Source of the DNA: Pedosphaera sp.
GTDB taxonomy: Bacteria > Verrucomicrobiota > Verrucomicrobiia > Limisphaerales > SIBH01
Assembly (NCBI GenBank): GCA_031414955.1
Contig: JANOQV010000030.1
Span: 16,296-80,295, forward strand
Length of the DNA: 64,000 bases
Direction of reading: 5' to 3'
Shown: positions 31,101 to 39,588 of the stretch, in pieces
Layout of the letters: the number at the start of each line of letters is the position of its first letter
Numbering within the stretch: the stretch's first letter is position 1
Notes under the pieces: model-generated
Told to the model about the DNA's origin: nothing
Database searches by the model: none
What the model saw: only the letters and a program-made list of their open reading frames with translations
Program-made: the position numbers and the translations under genes

Positions 31101-34100
31101 CAATGCCGTCATCACCCTGCGCCGCCGTTATGGCACCTTTGGCGAAGTGCGGGTCGAGGCGTTCACGCAGGACGGCACGGCCGTGGCCGGGACTGATTAT
31201 ACCGGCGTCACCAACACGCTCATCTTTCCCCAAGGCGAAACGCGGGTGCAGTTGGTTGTGCCCGTCACGGCCAACGCCATCCCGAACGACGATCGCACGG
31301 TGTTGCTGGGACTGCGAAATTTCCTCGGAGCCGACACCGGCCCGCAGCCGGTGGCGACGCTGGTCATTCAGGATGACGATGCGTCGCTCAGTTTCAGCGG
31401 AGCCAATTACGTGGTGAATGAGAATGCCGTCAGTGGCAACGCCACCATCCTGCTGACCCGCCAGGGCGGCACCAACCAGACGTTGACCGTGGACGTCGGC
31501 ACGGTGGCCGGCGGCACGGCCACGGCGGGAGCAGACTACACTCCCACCACGGCTCCGCTTAGTTTTGGCCCCGGTGAGTTGAGCAAGCTCTTCACGGTGC
31601 CCATCGCCAATGACACTGTGCTGGAGGGGAATGAGACCATCCTGCTGGCCCTGTCCAATCCCGGCGCGGGCGTGACCCTGGGCCTCGCCAGCGCGGTGCT
31701 CAACGTGATTGACGACGAACTGCTCAACGGCCAGTTCCTCTTCCAGACCAATAATTTCATCGGCCAGGAAGGCGAGGGCGTGGCCCAGGTCGTGATTGTT
31801 CGCACCAACGGCGCGGTGGGCATCGTCTCGGTGCGCCTGACCACCAGCAACCTTTCCGCCCTGGCCGGTTCCGATTATGTGAACACTAACATCTTGGTGA
31901 CCTTTGACGACGGCGTGACCAACAAGGTCGTGCCCATCGTCTTGATCAACAATGCGGTGGCCGAACCGGACGAAGCCTTCCTGCTCACTCTCTCCCAGCC
32001 GACTGGCGGAGCCACCATCCTCCAGACCAATGCCACGGTCACCATTTACGACGATGAGATTTTGCCGGGCTTCCTCGGTTTCCAGACGAACGAATTCTTC
32101 GTCAACGAGACGGCGGGATTTGCGACCATCAACGTGGTGCGGGCCAACAGCCGGCGCGGCGTGGTCTCGGTGGATTTCTCGGTCAGCAACGGCAGCGCCA
32201 CGGCCGGGCTGGATTACACCACCAACAGCGGCACGCTGACCTTCGCCGATGGCGAGGATTTGAAATCATTTCTCATCCCGATCATCAACGACGTGGAAGG
32301 CGAGGGGAACGAGACGGTCCGGTTGAGCCTGACCAACCTGCAAGGGACGAACACGACCCTGACCCTGCCGACCGCGAACCTGAACATCGTGGACGACGAC
32401 ACGGCGCTGCGCTTCTCCTCCGCCACTTATTCGGCGGGTGAAACTCAGGGCGGAACGGTCATCACGGTGTTGCGCGGCGGCATCATCAACACCGCCGCCA
32501 CCGTCGATTATCTCACCGTGCCCGGGGGCACGGCCGCGGGTGGGCTTGACTACACACCGGTGAGCGGCACGCTGGCCTGGTCGGCGGGCGACGCCACGCC
32601 CAAAACCTTCCTCGTGCCGATCATCGACAACACCAGTTGGCAGGCGGATCGCACGGTGCTGTTGGTGCTGACCAACGCGGTCGGACTGGCGGTCTATGTC
32701 GGCACTCCCTCCAACGCGGTGCTCACCATCATCAACGACGAAACGCAGAACCCGGTGGCCGGCCCCGTGGATCCGACCTTTAATGCGAACTTCGGAGCCG
32801 TCGGCTCCGTGCAGTCGATTTCTTACGACTCCGCATCCCGGCTTTACGTTGGCGGTGACTTCAGCCGCTTCCACGGCACGGCGGCCAATCGCCTGGTGCG
32901 CCTGCAGACGAACGGGGCGCTGGATCCGACCTTCAACCCCGGCAGCGGAGCCGACCAGATTGTTTACTCGGTGACGGCGTTGACCAATGGTGCGTACGTG
33001 GCCGGTGCCTTCACTAATGTGAACGGTGTGCCCGCCGGGCGCGTGGCGCGCTTGCTGGCCAACGGCAGCGTGGATGTCACATTCCTCTCGACGGTTGGTG
33101 CGAACGGCCCCGTTCGGGCCGTGGCCTTGGCGGCGGCCGATCAGTTGGTCCTCGGCGGTGAGTTCCTGGCTTATGATGGCAACCCGGCCGCGCGTGTGGC
33201 GCGTTTGAATTCGAACGGCACTCTCGACACCTCATTCATCGTGGGCAGCGGCCCGAACAACACGGTGCGCGCCGTGGCCGTGCAGCCCAACGGGCAGGTT
33301 CTCATTGGCGGCGACTTCACCAGCGTGAGCGGTTTCATCGTCTCGCATCTCGCCCGCCTCAATGTTGACGGTTCGCTCGACACTACCTTCGACACGGGAT
33401 TGGGCGCGGATGGACCGGTGAACGCCCTTGCTCTCCAGGCGGACGGTAGGATTTTGGTGGGCGGCGAATTTGTGACCATCAACGGCGTGCCGCGCGACCG
33501 GCTGGCCCGGCTTAATGCCGGCGGTTCGGTGGACACGAGCTTCATCATTGGTGACGGAGCCGACGATGTGGTGCGGGCGGTGGCCTTGGATCTCGACGGC
33601 CATGTGTTGGTGGCCGGTGCTTTCAACACCTTCAACACGCACTTGCTGCGCGGGGTGGCCCGGCTCAATAGCGATGGCTCGCTCGATCCGGCCTTCAACG
33701 TGGGCTACGGCGCGGATGCTCCGGTGAACGCCCTCAGCGTGGTGAACCGGGCCTTGCCGCCGGCGGTGGCGGTGATGAATTTCAACGCCCTCATCGCCTC
33801 GAACTCGACGCCGTACACGACTCATACCGAAAACTTCATCACCTTTGGCAGTTTGGTCGGCGGAAGTTTCCTCGCCGTGAGCAACGGCAATCTGATTACC
33901 GGCGCGGAGCTGGGCTCATTTTCCTCGCCCTATGAAATCAGGCTGGCGGGTGGCTACAGCTTCACCTTGCAGAGCATCACCTTCTCCAACCTGACCGCGC
34001 CGGTGACGATCACCTCGTCGCGGGGCGGAACGGTGGCGGTGGTGACGAGCGGTCCGTTCTTTTTCGATGCCAGCTTCGCCGGGGTGAGTTGGGTGCAACT

Positions 34101-37100
34101 CAGCGCGGCGGGCGTGGCCATCGTGGATGATCTCGTCGTCCTGCCGGGTGCGGATGCATTTGCCAGTCCGTCGTTTGCCCTCGGCGGCGACTTCGAGAAG
34201 TTCAACCAAATCCAGCGCGGCGGGGTCGTGGTGCTGGGCAGCGGCGGTTCGGCCACGTTCGACTTTGACCCGCGGAACATTGCGGCGCGTTCGGTTTACG
34301 CGTCGGGCATTTACACGAACTCCGCGCAGCCGGGCACGCTTGGAAAAGTGGTGGTGGGCGGTGATTTCACCGCGCTCGTCGGTGTGGATCGGGTCAACCG
34401 TCTGGCCCGTTTGAACATTGATGGTACGCTCGACTCGAGCTTCGCCTCGGGCGTGGGTGCGGACGGCCCGGTGCGCGCGCTGGCCATTCAGCCCGATGGT
34501 CGCACGGTCTTCGGTGGATATTTCACGACTTACGATTTCCTCACGCGCGCCTACCTGGCCCGGGTAAATGCCGATGGCACGCTGGACAACAGCTTCAACT
34601 TCGGGGCCGGTCTCGACAACGCGGTCCTGGCCCTCGCTCTCCAGGCGGACGGAAAAGTGGTGGTGGGCGGATTGTTCACCACGGTTTATGGCGTGCCGCG
34701 CCAGTCCATTGCGCGCATGAACACAAACGGCACGGTGGACGCGAGCTTCACCGTGGGGGCCGGCGCAGATGGCGCGGTGCGCGCGGTGGCCGTGCAGGCC
34801 GACGGCAAGATTTTGATCGGCGGCGATTTTCAGACCGTAAACGGCCTGCCCCGTGCCCACATCGCGCGGCTCAATGCCAACGGCACAGTGGACGGAACTT
34901 TCAACCCCGGCCTGGGCGCGGATGGCCCGGTGAACGCGATTGCCCTCACCAGCACGGGCGGCATTCTCATTGGCGGTGCCTTCACCAATTACCACGGCGC
35001 TCCCGCTCCACGCCTCGTTCAACTCACCAGTGGCGGCGCACTCGACGGTTCGTTCAATCCCGGCTCGGGCGCGAACGACTTCGTCAGCTCCATCGTCCTC
35101 CAGCCGAACGGACTGGCCCTGGTCGGGGGCAGTTTCACCACTTTCAACGGTCAGATTCGCCATCGCCTCGTGCGGTTGACCACCACCGGCGCGCTGGATC
35201 CGACGATCAATTTTGGCGCGGGAGCGAACGACCTGATCAACACCATCGCTCTTCAAAATTACGATGGGAAGATGGTCATTGGCGGACGGTTCACGGCAGT
35301 CGATGGCCTGACGCGCGTGGCCGTGGCCCGGCTGTTCGGGGGGACAAATGCTGGTGGCGGTGCCTTCCAATTCAGCACTCTGGCCTACTTCGTCAATGAG
35401 CACGGCGGCAGCGCGGTGCTGACCGTCCACCGCACCGGCGGCACGCTGGGCGCGGCCTCGGTGGCCTTTGCCACGGGCAATGGTTCCGCCACCTCGCCCA
35501 CCGACTACACGGCCACCATTGGCACGTTGAACTTTGCCGAGGCGGAGTCGGTGAAACAGATCACGGTGCCCATCATCGACAACTCGATCACCAACGTGGA
35601 CCGGACGTTTATCGTCACGCTCTCCAACCCGAGTCCCGGTTCCAGCCTCGGCTCGAACACCACGGCGTCAGTCATCATCCAGGACAACGACAGCGTGATT
35701 GGGTTCAGCGCCGCCTCCTATTTGGTCAACGAGAACGGCCTGGTGGCGCGGATCACGGTGCAGCGCACTGGCGGTGCGGCGGACGCCGTCGCGGTGGAAT
35801 ATGCGACTGGCACCAACGGGACGGCCACGGCCGGATTGGATTTCACCCCGGCGGGCGGCATTCTGGTCTTTCCCTCCGGCGTTCGGTCCCAGACCTTCGA
35901 CGTGCTGATCACGGATGATGTTTTCAATGAATTCCATGAAACCGTGCCGCTCACTTTGCTCAATCCGGCCGGCCCGGCTGTGCTCGGGCTGGCGGCGGCC
36001 ACCCTCACCATCGTCGAGAACGACGCCGGGGCGGGCGTGATTACTTTCGGCACCAACTCCTACTTCGCCAGCGAAGAGGTGGGCCTGGCCTTTGTCGAAG
36101 TGCTGCGGACCAACGGCCACAGCGGCGCGGTGGCGGTGAATTTCCAGACCCTGACTGGTTCGGCCACGCCGGGAATCGACTTTGTGGTGACCAACGGCAG
36201 CGTGAGTTTTGGCGATGGAGTGACCAGCGCTTTTCTCGCCGTGCGCCTGCTCGACAATGTGGTGCAGGAGGGCGACGAGACGGTGCCCGTCCGGCTCTTC
36301 GGCCCAAGCGGCGGGGCGACCCTCGGACTGAACCTGGCGAATCTGACCATCGTGGACAACGACGCGCCCGGCACCTTCGTCTTCAGTTCGCCGCTCTACA
36401 CCGTTTCCGAGGCCGGTGCCTTTGTCACCGTGACCATCCTCCGCACTAACGGCAACCAGGGCGCGGCCAGCGTGACCTTGGTGACCAGCGGTGGCACGGC
36501 CACGCCCACGGCGGATTACGCGCCCGTCTCGAATGTGCTGAACTTTGCCTCGGGCCAGTCGGTGGGTACGGTGAACATCGCCATCCTGCAGGATGGCCTG
36601 GTCGAGGGCACGGAGACGGTGGGCCTGCTGCTGGCCAACGCGGTCGGGGCCACCAATTCCCTCGGGACCGCCACGATTCAAATCCATGACGATGAAGTGG
36701 CGGTCGGTTTCAGCGCGGCCACCTACGATGTGACCGAGAGCACGACCAACGTGACCATCACGCTCCTGCGCACCGGCGACACGAACAGCCCGTTCTCCGC
36801 CCTGGTCAACACCAGCGACGGCACGGCCTTCGCGCCCGGCGATTATCTCGGCAACTCGGTGCTGATGAGTTTCGCCGCCGGCCAGACCAGCCGGACCTTC
36901 ATCGTTACGGTGATCGACGACACGCTGGCGGAAGGGGACGAGTTCGTGAACCTGACGCTCTCCAATCCTTCCCCCGGACTTTCGCTCGGGCCGGTGGCCA
37001 CCGCCCGGCTGAACATTTTGGACAATGACACGGTGGTGCAATTTAGCGCGCCGCTTTACGCGACCAACGAAGCCACCGTGGTCATGCTCATCCCGGTGAT

Positions 37101-39483
37101 TCGCAGCGGCTTCCTCGGCGGAACCTCGCTGGTGGACTGCGCCGTTGCTCCCGGCGGCACCGCCACCGCCGGAGTTGATTTCTTCGGGGCCAACACGCCC
37201 TTGACCTTCGCCGTGGGGCAGGCCCTCCAGCTTTTCCAGGTCACGCTGCTGGATGATTTCCTGGTCGAAGGGGATGAGACGATTTTCGTGAGCCTGAGCA
37301 ATCCTCTGGGCACTCTGATCGGAGCGCAGTCCAGCTCCGTCATTAACATCGTGGACAACGACACCACGGTCGGATTCTCCCAGACTAATTATGTGGTGAA
37401 CGAGAAGGTGACCAACGCCCTCATCACCATCGTGCGCAATGGCTCGCCGTTTCAGGCCATCTCCGTGCAGTTCCGCACCATCAACGGCAGCGCGAGCAAC
37501 GGACTGGATTACGTGTTCACTTCGAACAACTTGAGTTGGGCGGCCAACGACATTTCGCCGCGCCTCGTGGCGGTGCCGGTGCTTGATGATGCCCTGGCCG
37601 AGGGATCGGAATACGTTCAGCTCCAGTTGGTGAACCCGACCAATGCCCTGGCTGATCCGCTGACGGGCCTGGCCACGCTGACCATCGTGGATGATGCCGG
37701 TGCCATTGCCTTCGCCGCCACGTCCTTCAGCGTGATCGAGGGCGCGACGAACGCCTTGATCCAGCTCGTTCGCACCGGAGGCTCCAATGGCACGGTGAGC
37801 GTGGCCTGGACTGTGACTGGCGGCACGGCCACCGCCGGCTCGGATTACACCGGCACCACCGGCACGGTGGTCTTCGCCGCCGGCGAAACCACCAAGCAAA
37901 TCATCCTGCCCATCGCCGAAGATGCTCTCGTCGAAGGCATCGAGAACGTGATCCTGGCCCTGAGCAATGCCTCCAATGGCGCCCGCGTGGGCGGACCGTC
38001 GAGCGCGACCCTCTCCATTCTCGACAATGACACCGGCATCATCGTCGCGTCGGGCACGGCCCTGACCTTCGAGAGTTTGGTTCCGACCAACCGCGTGATC
38101 GAGCCGAACGAACGGGTCACGATTCAGTTCGGCCTGCGCAACGCCGGCCTGGTGGACGCCAACAATGTCTCGGCCACGATCGTTTACGCGAACGGCATCA
38201 CTCACACCAACGCCCAGACCCAAAGCTACGGCGCGCTGCTTGCGAGCGGCCACACCGTGGCCCGGCCCTTTAACTTCACCGCGCTGGGCACCAACGGCAC
38301 GCGCATCACGGCCACGCTGCTCCTCACGAACAATGGGGTGTTCCTCGGCCCGGTCTCCTTCGACTTTGTCCTTGGGAGCCAGAGTTTGAACTTCCAGAAC
38401 GCCAATGCCATCGCGCTGAACGTCCTCGGTTCGGCCACGCCTTACCCGGCCGGAATCACGGTGGCTGGCCTGGCCGGCCCGGTGAACCGTGTGACGGTGG
38501 CCCTGCACAACATCACTCATCCTTTCCCTGACGATCTCGACATCCTGCTGGTGGCTCCAAACGGCGCGCGGGTCATGCTCATGTCGGATGCCGGCGGCGG
38601 CAACGCCTTGAACAATGTCACGCTCACGTTTGATGACGCGGCTGCGCTGGCCATTCCGGACAACACCGCCATTTCCGCCGGCACTTATCGTCCGGGCAAC
38701 TATCTGATTCAGAACGATCCGTTCGCCGCGCCGGCTCCGGCTGCGCCTTACAGCAATACGCTCGCGGCCTTCAATGGGAGCGCCGCCAACGGTGTCTGGT
38801 CGCTCTACATCACGGATGATTCGGAGTTCTCGCTTGGGGCCATCGCCAACGGCTGGAGCTTGAACATTTCGACGGCGGACACGGTGGTCTCGGGCGCGGA
38901 TCTGGCCGTGGTGGTCACCGATGCGCCCGATCCAGCGACCACCGGCGGCCCGGTGACTTACACCATCGCGATCACGAATTACGGTCCGGCCACGGCCACT
39001 TCGGTGGTGCTGACGAACCTGCTGCCGTCGGCGGCGAGTCTCCCGATCGTGAGTGGGCCGGGCACGCACACGCTGAACGGCAACGTGCTCTCCAGTGTCT
39101 TGGGCAGTCTGGCCCTCGGGTCCGGCACGGTGGTAACCGTGACCATGACCGCTCCGGCGACGAACGCCTTGCTGACTTTTGATTCGACGGTGGCCTCGTC
39201 CGAGGTTGATCCCAATCCAGGCAACAACCACGTTTCGATCAAGACGACGGTGGGAGCCGCCCCGGATGTGCCGCCGTTATTTGTGGCGCGCAAGAACAGC
39301 CAGTTGGTGCTCAGTTGGCAGGATGCCTCGACCAATGTGGTGTTGAGAACCGCCGCGACCATTGGCGTGGCCGCTGACTGGTCGGGGGTGCCGAATGCCC
39401 CGGTGATCAGCAACGGCGTGAGCACCGTGACGATGCCCATGGACAGTGGGTTGAAGTTCTTCCGGTTGCAGCGAGTTCCTTAG
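25177..39483 (+). CDS. Giant exported adhesin-like protein (~4770 aa): N-terminal 'PxNDNF.NA' PPC-like domain, Calx-beta repeats, delta-60 propellers, P-domain, DUF11, shared C-terminal domain
   Basis: Signal peptide (KVFLLLIAFASSLVPRLAA-Q). PVNDNFTNA...GATAEPGEP..SVWYSW.AP..DT.GS.YDT.LAVYTG. Repeated Calx-beta and QPDGK propeller motifs. HPFPDDLDILLVAP P-domain. Ends LKFFRLQRVP. Confidence 0.85.
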   Translation: MKSIFERGSVNQRPGPIRGWACKVFLLLIAFASSLVPRLAAQQPVNDNFTNATVIAGFVGSALGITTGATAEPGEPNHWPTTLTGRSVWYSWVAPADGTVSIDTLGSAYDTILAVYTGSNVAALNLIANDDDSGFGLESQVIFFGVAGTTYNIAVDGYNYNDGLGPRNGPFRLNWASATNFVAAPTNEIQFAATNFTAAENAPGFAVIIVNYGGGAAGPVSIDYATADGTALVGTDYLRVTNTLTFQVGESNKSFTVPILDNAVQNSNKTVLLSLANPTGGAVLGALSNAVLTIQDDETLPVVSAAGVFNFSLPAYVVTENETFRAPFPGASINFPSRSPLGALVMVTRTGGASGRVLVDVGVGVAVGGVFPLTQTLAFDDQQMSATFVVDIPQVGAGIINLTLLNPRADPLEDPLTIIPTIGFPLSSIQILAVNTPTPASYSIERRTYRVDEYNPFDPFNFGLTNLLNFIDIDIINPSGLGGSVGIETRANVYGYLVQDGSDYPEAQNFIFPETPYTDGFAGITNFIDYIPFDITVNFPNGTTRRTIRLVVTNDATVEFNEDVQLRLHDPDNQHVLRNALANVTIMYDEQPAGQADREWNPEGVSFSQPPFNATPGANNTVSAVAVQADGRTVLVGDFTAVNSVSRFRVARMNVDGSLDLTFNPGSGADGFIEALVIYPPTLGTNGNKILIAGGFSAVNNVSRHGLARLNVNGSLDNSFFVGNGADGFVHTLTLQSDGKVLVSGDFTHWNDVAVPGLMRLNQDGSLDPSFNAGLAANNTIWSVAVRDTPQSIFVPRDAAGTQFEDVNVIETGSTAGTITITYDFYGIPDTIRVFYQGAMILDLTTNLAGSLTLAYGPGLATDFTIIMNQGIGLPGTAWEYKVSVLPVITARTIYLGGDFTEFNGLTRNGVVRLLDNGTVDPTFDPGLGVDGSVFAVAVQPDNKLLVGGAFHRFHTSERNSIVRLRNTGALDADYNVGTGFNDSVYCITLQPDNKALIGGLFQEFDGVRRMGLTRLFVGGSLDTSFMDTAYNQFSGLPRTFSFDPPRYVNSIALQADGNLMIGGSFTNLGGNYSIYRAIRNNYTVFTRADKTTRFNIARVLGGYTPGPGNTEFDPSAFPFTIDENGPIFYATMRRVDGRLGTAQVIATNSNVTANSPGDFFNQGVPQIWPEFAYAAPDSVGYVGVNYFAIPILEDTFQEGDETFHVGAVIPSGSITLGGEFVPLGAARGRFDASMVTIADNDFSPGEFNFNLSGYITNEGASFALITVIRTNGTAGGVSVDYLTRPGPVAAATTNADFSPVRGTLSFSSGQAVRTFQVPIVNDAVVEFDETITLVLTNATGGAKLPGGTPTSVATATLTIVDNDFLQGRLNFATSGFTNNENETVATIIVTRTGGNVGAMTVQVRTANGTATHPADYTGVTNTLSWADSDSSAKSFTIPLVLDGLVEGTETVNLFLYNPAINGALGARTNAVLGIADADNFGVLSLSQPFYEVDENGSAPVITVNRSGGIAGTATVNFATAVLTATPGVDYNNVSGTLTFLPGETSHNFVVPILDDLVPDGDKAILITLQNATNGSVGSLSNSVLTFIDNESFNLPAGSPDPSFHSVANDVVYALALQNDGRILMAGEFTLVNDVPRNRLARVKPSGVLDETFNIGPGANGSIRTLALQPDGKLLVGGLFTVINSTNRNHLARLGTDGSMDAFFNPGAGADNPVYALALQGDDKIVVGGSFATFNGFIRPGVVRLNTNGSVDLNFTPGTGVNGTVYALAVQSDGKILVGGDFTSFNGVARTNLIRLNLNGTLDNTFNPAFSINGVVSALLVQPDGKILLGGSFTNVNGTLRRGLARLLSGGGLDGSFLAGWSGADDAVFDLKQQVDGRLVVAGAFRTFNGVTRRGVTRLLADGATDPAINFGNGANAFVAALLIQPDRHIVFGGGFTEYDDQAHAHLVRIYGGSIAGSGALEFSAPLFTASESGSNAVITLRRRYGTFGEVRVEAFTQDGTAVAGTDYTGVTNTLIFPQGETRVQLVVPVTANAIPNDDRTVLLGLRNFLGADTGPQPVATLVIQDDDASLSFSGANYVVNENAVSGNATILLTRQGGTNQTLTVDVGTVAGGTATAGADYTPTTAPLSFGPGELSKLFTVPIANDTVLEGNETILLALSNPGAGVTLGLASAVLNVIDDELLNGQFLFQTNNFIGQEGEGVAQVVIVRTNGAVGIVSVRLTTSNLSALAGSDYVNTNILVTFDDGVTNKVVPIVLINNAVAEPDEAFLLTLSQPTGGATILQTNATVTIYDDEILPGFLGFQTNEFFVNETAGFATINVVRANSRRGVVSVDFSVSNGSATAGLDYTTNSGTLTFADGEDLKSFLIPIINDVEGEGNETVRLSLTNLQGTNTTLTLPTANLNIVDDDTALRFSSATYSAGETQGGTVITVLRGGIINTAATVDYLTVPGGTAAGGLDYTPVSGTLAWSAGDATPKTFLVPIIDNTSWQADRTVLLVLTNAVGLAVYVGTPSNAVLTIINDETQNPVAGPVDPTFNANFGAVGSVQSISYDSASRLYVGGDFSRFHGTAANRLVRLQTNGALDPTFNPGSGADQIVYSVTALTNGAYVAGAFTNVNGVPAGRVARLLANGSVDVTFLSTVGANGPVRAVALAAADQLVLGGEFLAYDGNPAARVARLNSNGTLDTSFIVGSGPNNTVRAVAVQPNGQVLIGGDFTSVSGFIVSHLARLNVDGSLDTTFDTGLGADGPVNALALQADGRILVGGEFVTINGVPRDRLARLNAGGSVDTSFIIGDGADDVVRAVALDLDGHVLVAGAFNTFNTHLLRGVARLNSDGSLDPAFNVGYGADAPVNALSVVNRALPPAVAVMNFNALIASNSTPYTTHTENFITFGSLVGGSFLAVSNGNLITGAELGSFSSPYEIRLAGGYSFTLQSITFSNLTAPVTITSSRGGTVAVVTSGPFFFDASFAGVSWVQLSAAGVAIVDDLVVLPGADAFASPSFALGGDFEKFNQIQRGGVVVLGSGGSATFDFDPRNIAARSVYASGIYTNSAQPGTLGKVVVGGDFTALVGVDRVNRLARLNIDGTLDSSFASGVGADGPVRALAIQPDGRTVFGGYFTTYDFLTRAYLARVNADGTLDNSFNFGAGLDNAVLALALQADGKVVVGGLFTTVYGVPRQSIARMNTNGTVDASFTVGAGADGAVRAVAVQADGKILIGGDFQTVNGLPRAHIARLNANGTVDGTFNPGLGADGPVNAIALTSTGGILIGGAFTNYHGAPAPRLVQLTSGGALDGSFNPGSGANDFVSSIVLQPNGLALVGGSFTTFNGQIRHRLVRLTTTGALDPTINFGAGANDLINTIALQNYDGKMVIGGRFTAVDGLTRVAVARLFGGTNAGGGAFQFSTLAYFVNEHGGSAVLTVHRTGGTLGAASVAFATGNGSATSPTDYTATIGTLNFAEAESVKQITVPIIDNSITNVDRTFIVTLSNPSPGSSLGSNTTASVIIQDNDSVIGFSAASYLVNENGLVARITVQRTGGAADAVAVEYATGTNGTATAGLDFTPAGGILVFPSGVRSQTFDVLITDDVFNEFHETVPLTLLNPAGPAVLGLAAATLTIVENDAGAGVITFGTNSYFASEEVGLAFVEVLRTNGHSGAVAVNFQTLTGSATPGIDFVVTNGSVSFGDGVTSAFLAVRLLDNVVQEGDETVPVRLFGPSGGATLGLNLANLTIVDNDAPGTFVFSSPLYTVSEAGAFVTVTILRTNGNQGAASVTLVTSGGTATPTADYAPVSNVLNFASGQSVGTVNIAILQDGLVEGTETVGLLLANAVGATNSLGTATIQIHDDEVAVGFSAATYDVTESTTNVTITLLRTGDTNSPFSALVNTSDGTAFAPGDYLGNSVLMSFAAGQTSRTFIVTVIDDTLAEGDEFVNLTLSNPSPGLSLGPVATARLNILDNDTVVQFSAPLYATNEATVVMLIPVIRSGFLGGTSLVDCAVAPGGTATAGVDFFGANTPLTFAVGQALQLFQVTLLDDFLVEGDETIFVSLSNPLGTLIGAQSSSVINIVDNDTTVGFSQTNYVVNEKVTNALITIVRNGSPFQAISVQFRTINGSASNGLDYVFTSNNLSWAANDISPRLVAVPVLDDALAEGSEYVQLQLVNPTNALADPLTGLATLTIVDDAGAIAFAATSFSVIEGATNALIQLVRTGGSNGTVSVAWTVTGGTATAGSDYTGTTGTVVFAAGETTKQIILPIAEDALVEGIENVILALSNASNGARVGGPSSATLSILDNDTGIIVASGTALTFESLVPTNRVIEPNERVTIQFGLRNAGLVDANNVSATIVYANGITHTNAQTQSYGALLASGHTVARPFNFTALGTNGTRITATLLLTNNGVFLGPVSFDFVLGSQSLNFQNANAIALNVLGSATPYPAGITVAGLAGPVNRVTVALHNITHPFPDDLDILLVAPNGARVMLMSDAGGGNALNNVTLTFDDAAALAIPDNTAISAGTYRPGNYLIQNDPFAAPAPAAPYSNTLAAFNGSAANGVWSLYITDDSEFSLGAIANGWSLNISTADTVVSGADLAVVVTDAPDPATTGGPVTYTIAITNYGPATATSVVLTNLLPSAASLPIVSGPGTHTLNGNVLSSVLGSLALGSGTVVTVTMTAPATNALLTFDSTVASSEVDPNPGNNHVSIKTTVGAAPDVPPLFVARKNSQLVLSWQDASTNVVLRTAATIGVAADWSGVPNAPVISNGVSTVTMPMDSGLKFFRLQRVP

Positions 39484-39588
39484 CGAATGGAATGAAGTTA
39501 GGTGGCGCGAAGAGCGCTTGAATTTATCGCCGGACGCAGGCGGGACGTTTCCGCCCGCGTTCGCGCGTTTTTTGGATGGTTAAGTGAT

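Noticed and set aside
11810..35340. Periodic DNA similarity that could mimic a CRISPR or DGR repeat array
   Set aside because: The repeats are degenerate protein-coding delta-60/Calx-beta units. There is no identical repeat-spacer structure and no cas or reverse transcriptase gene.
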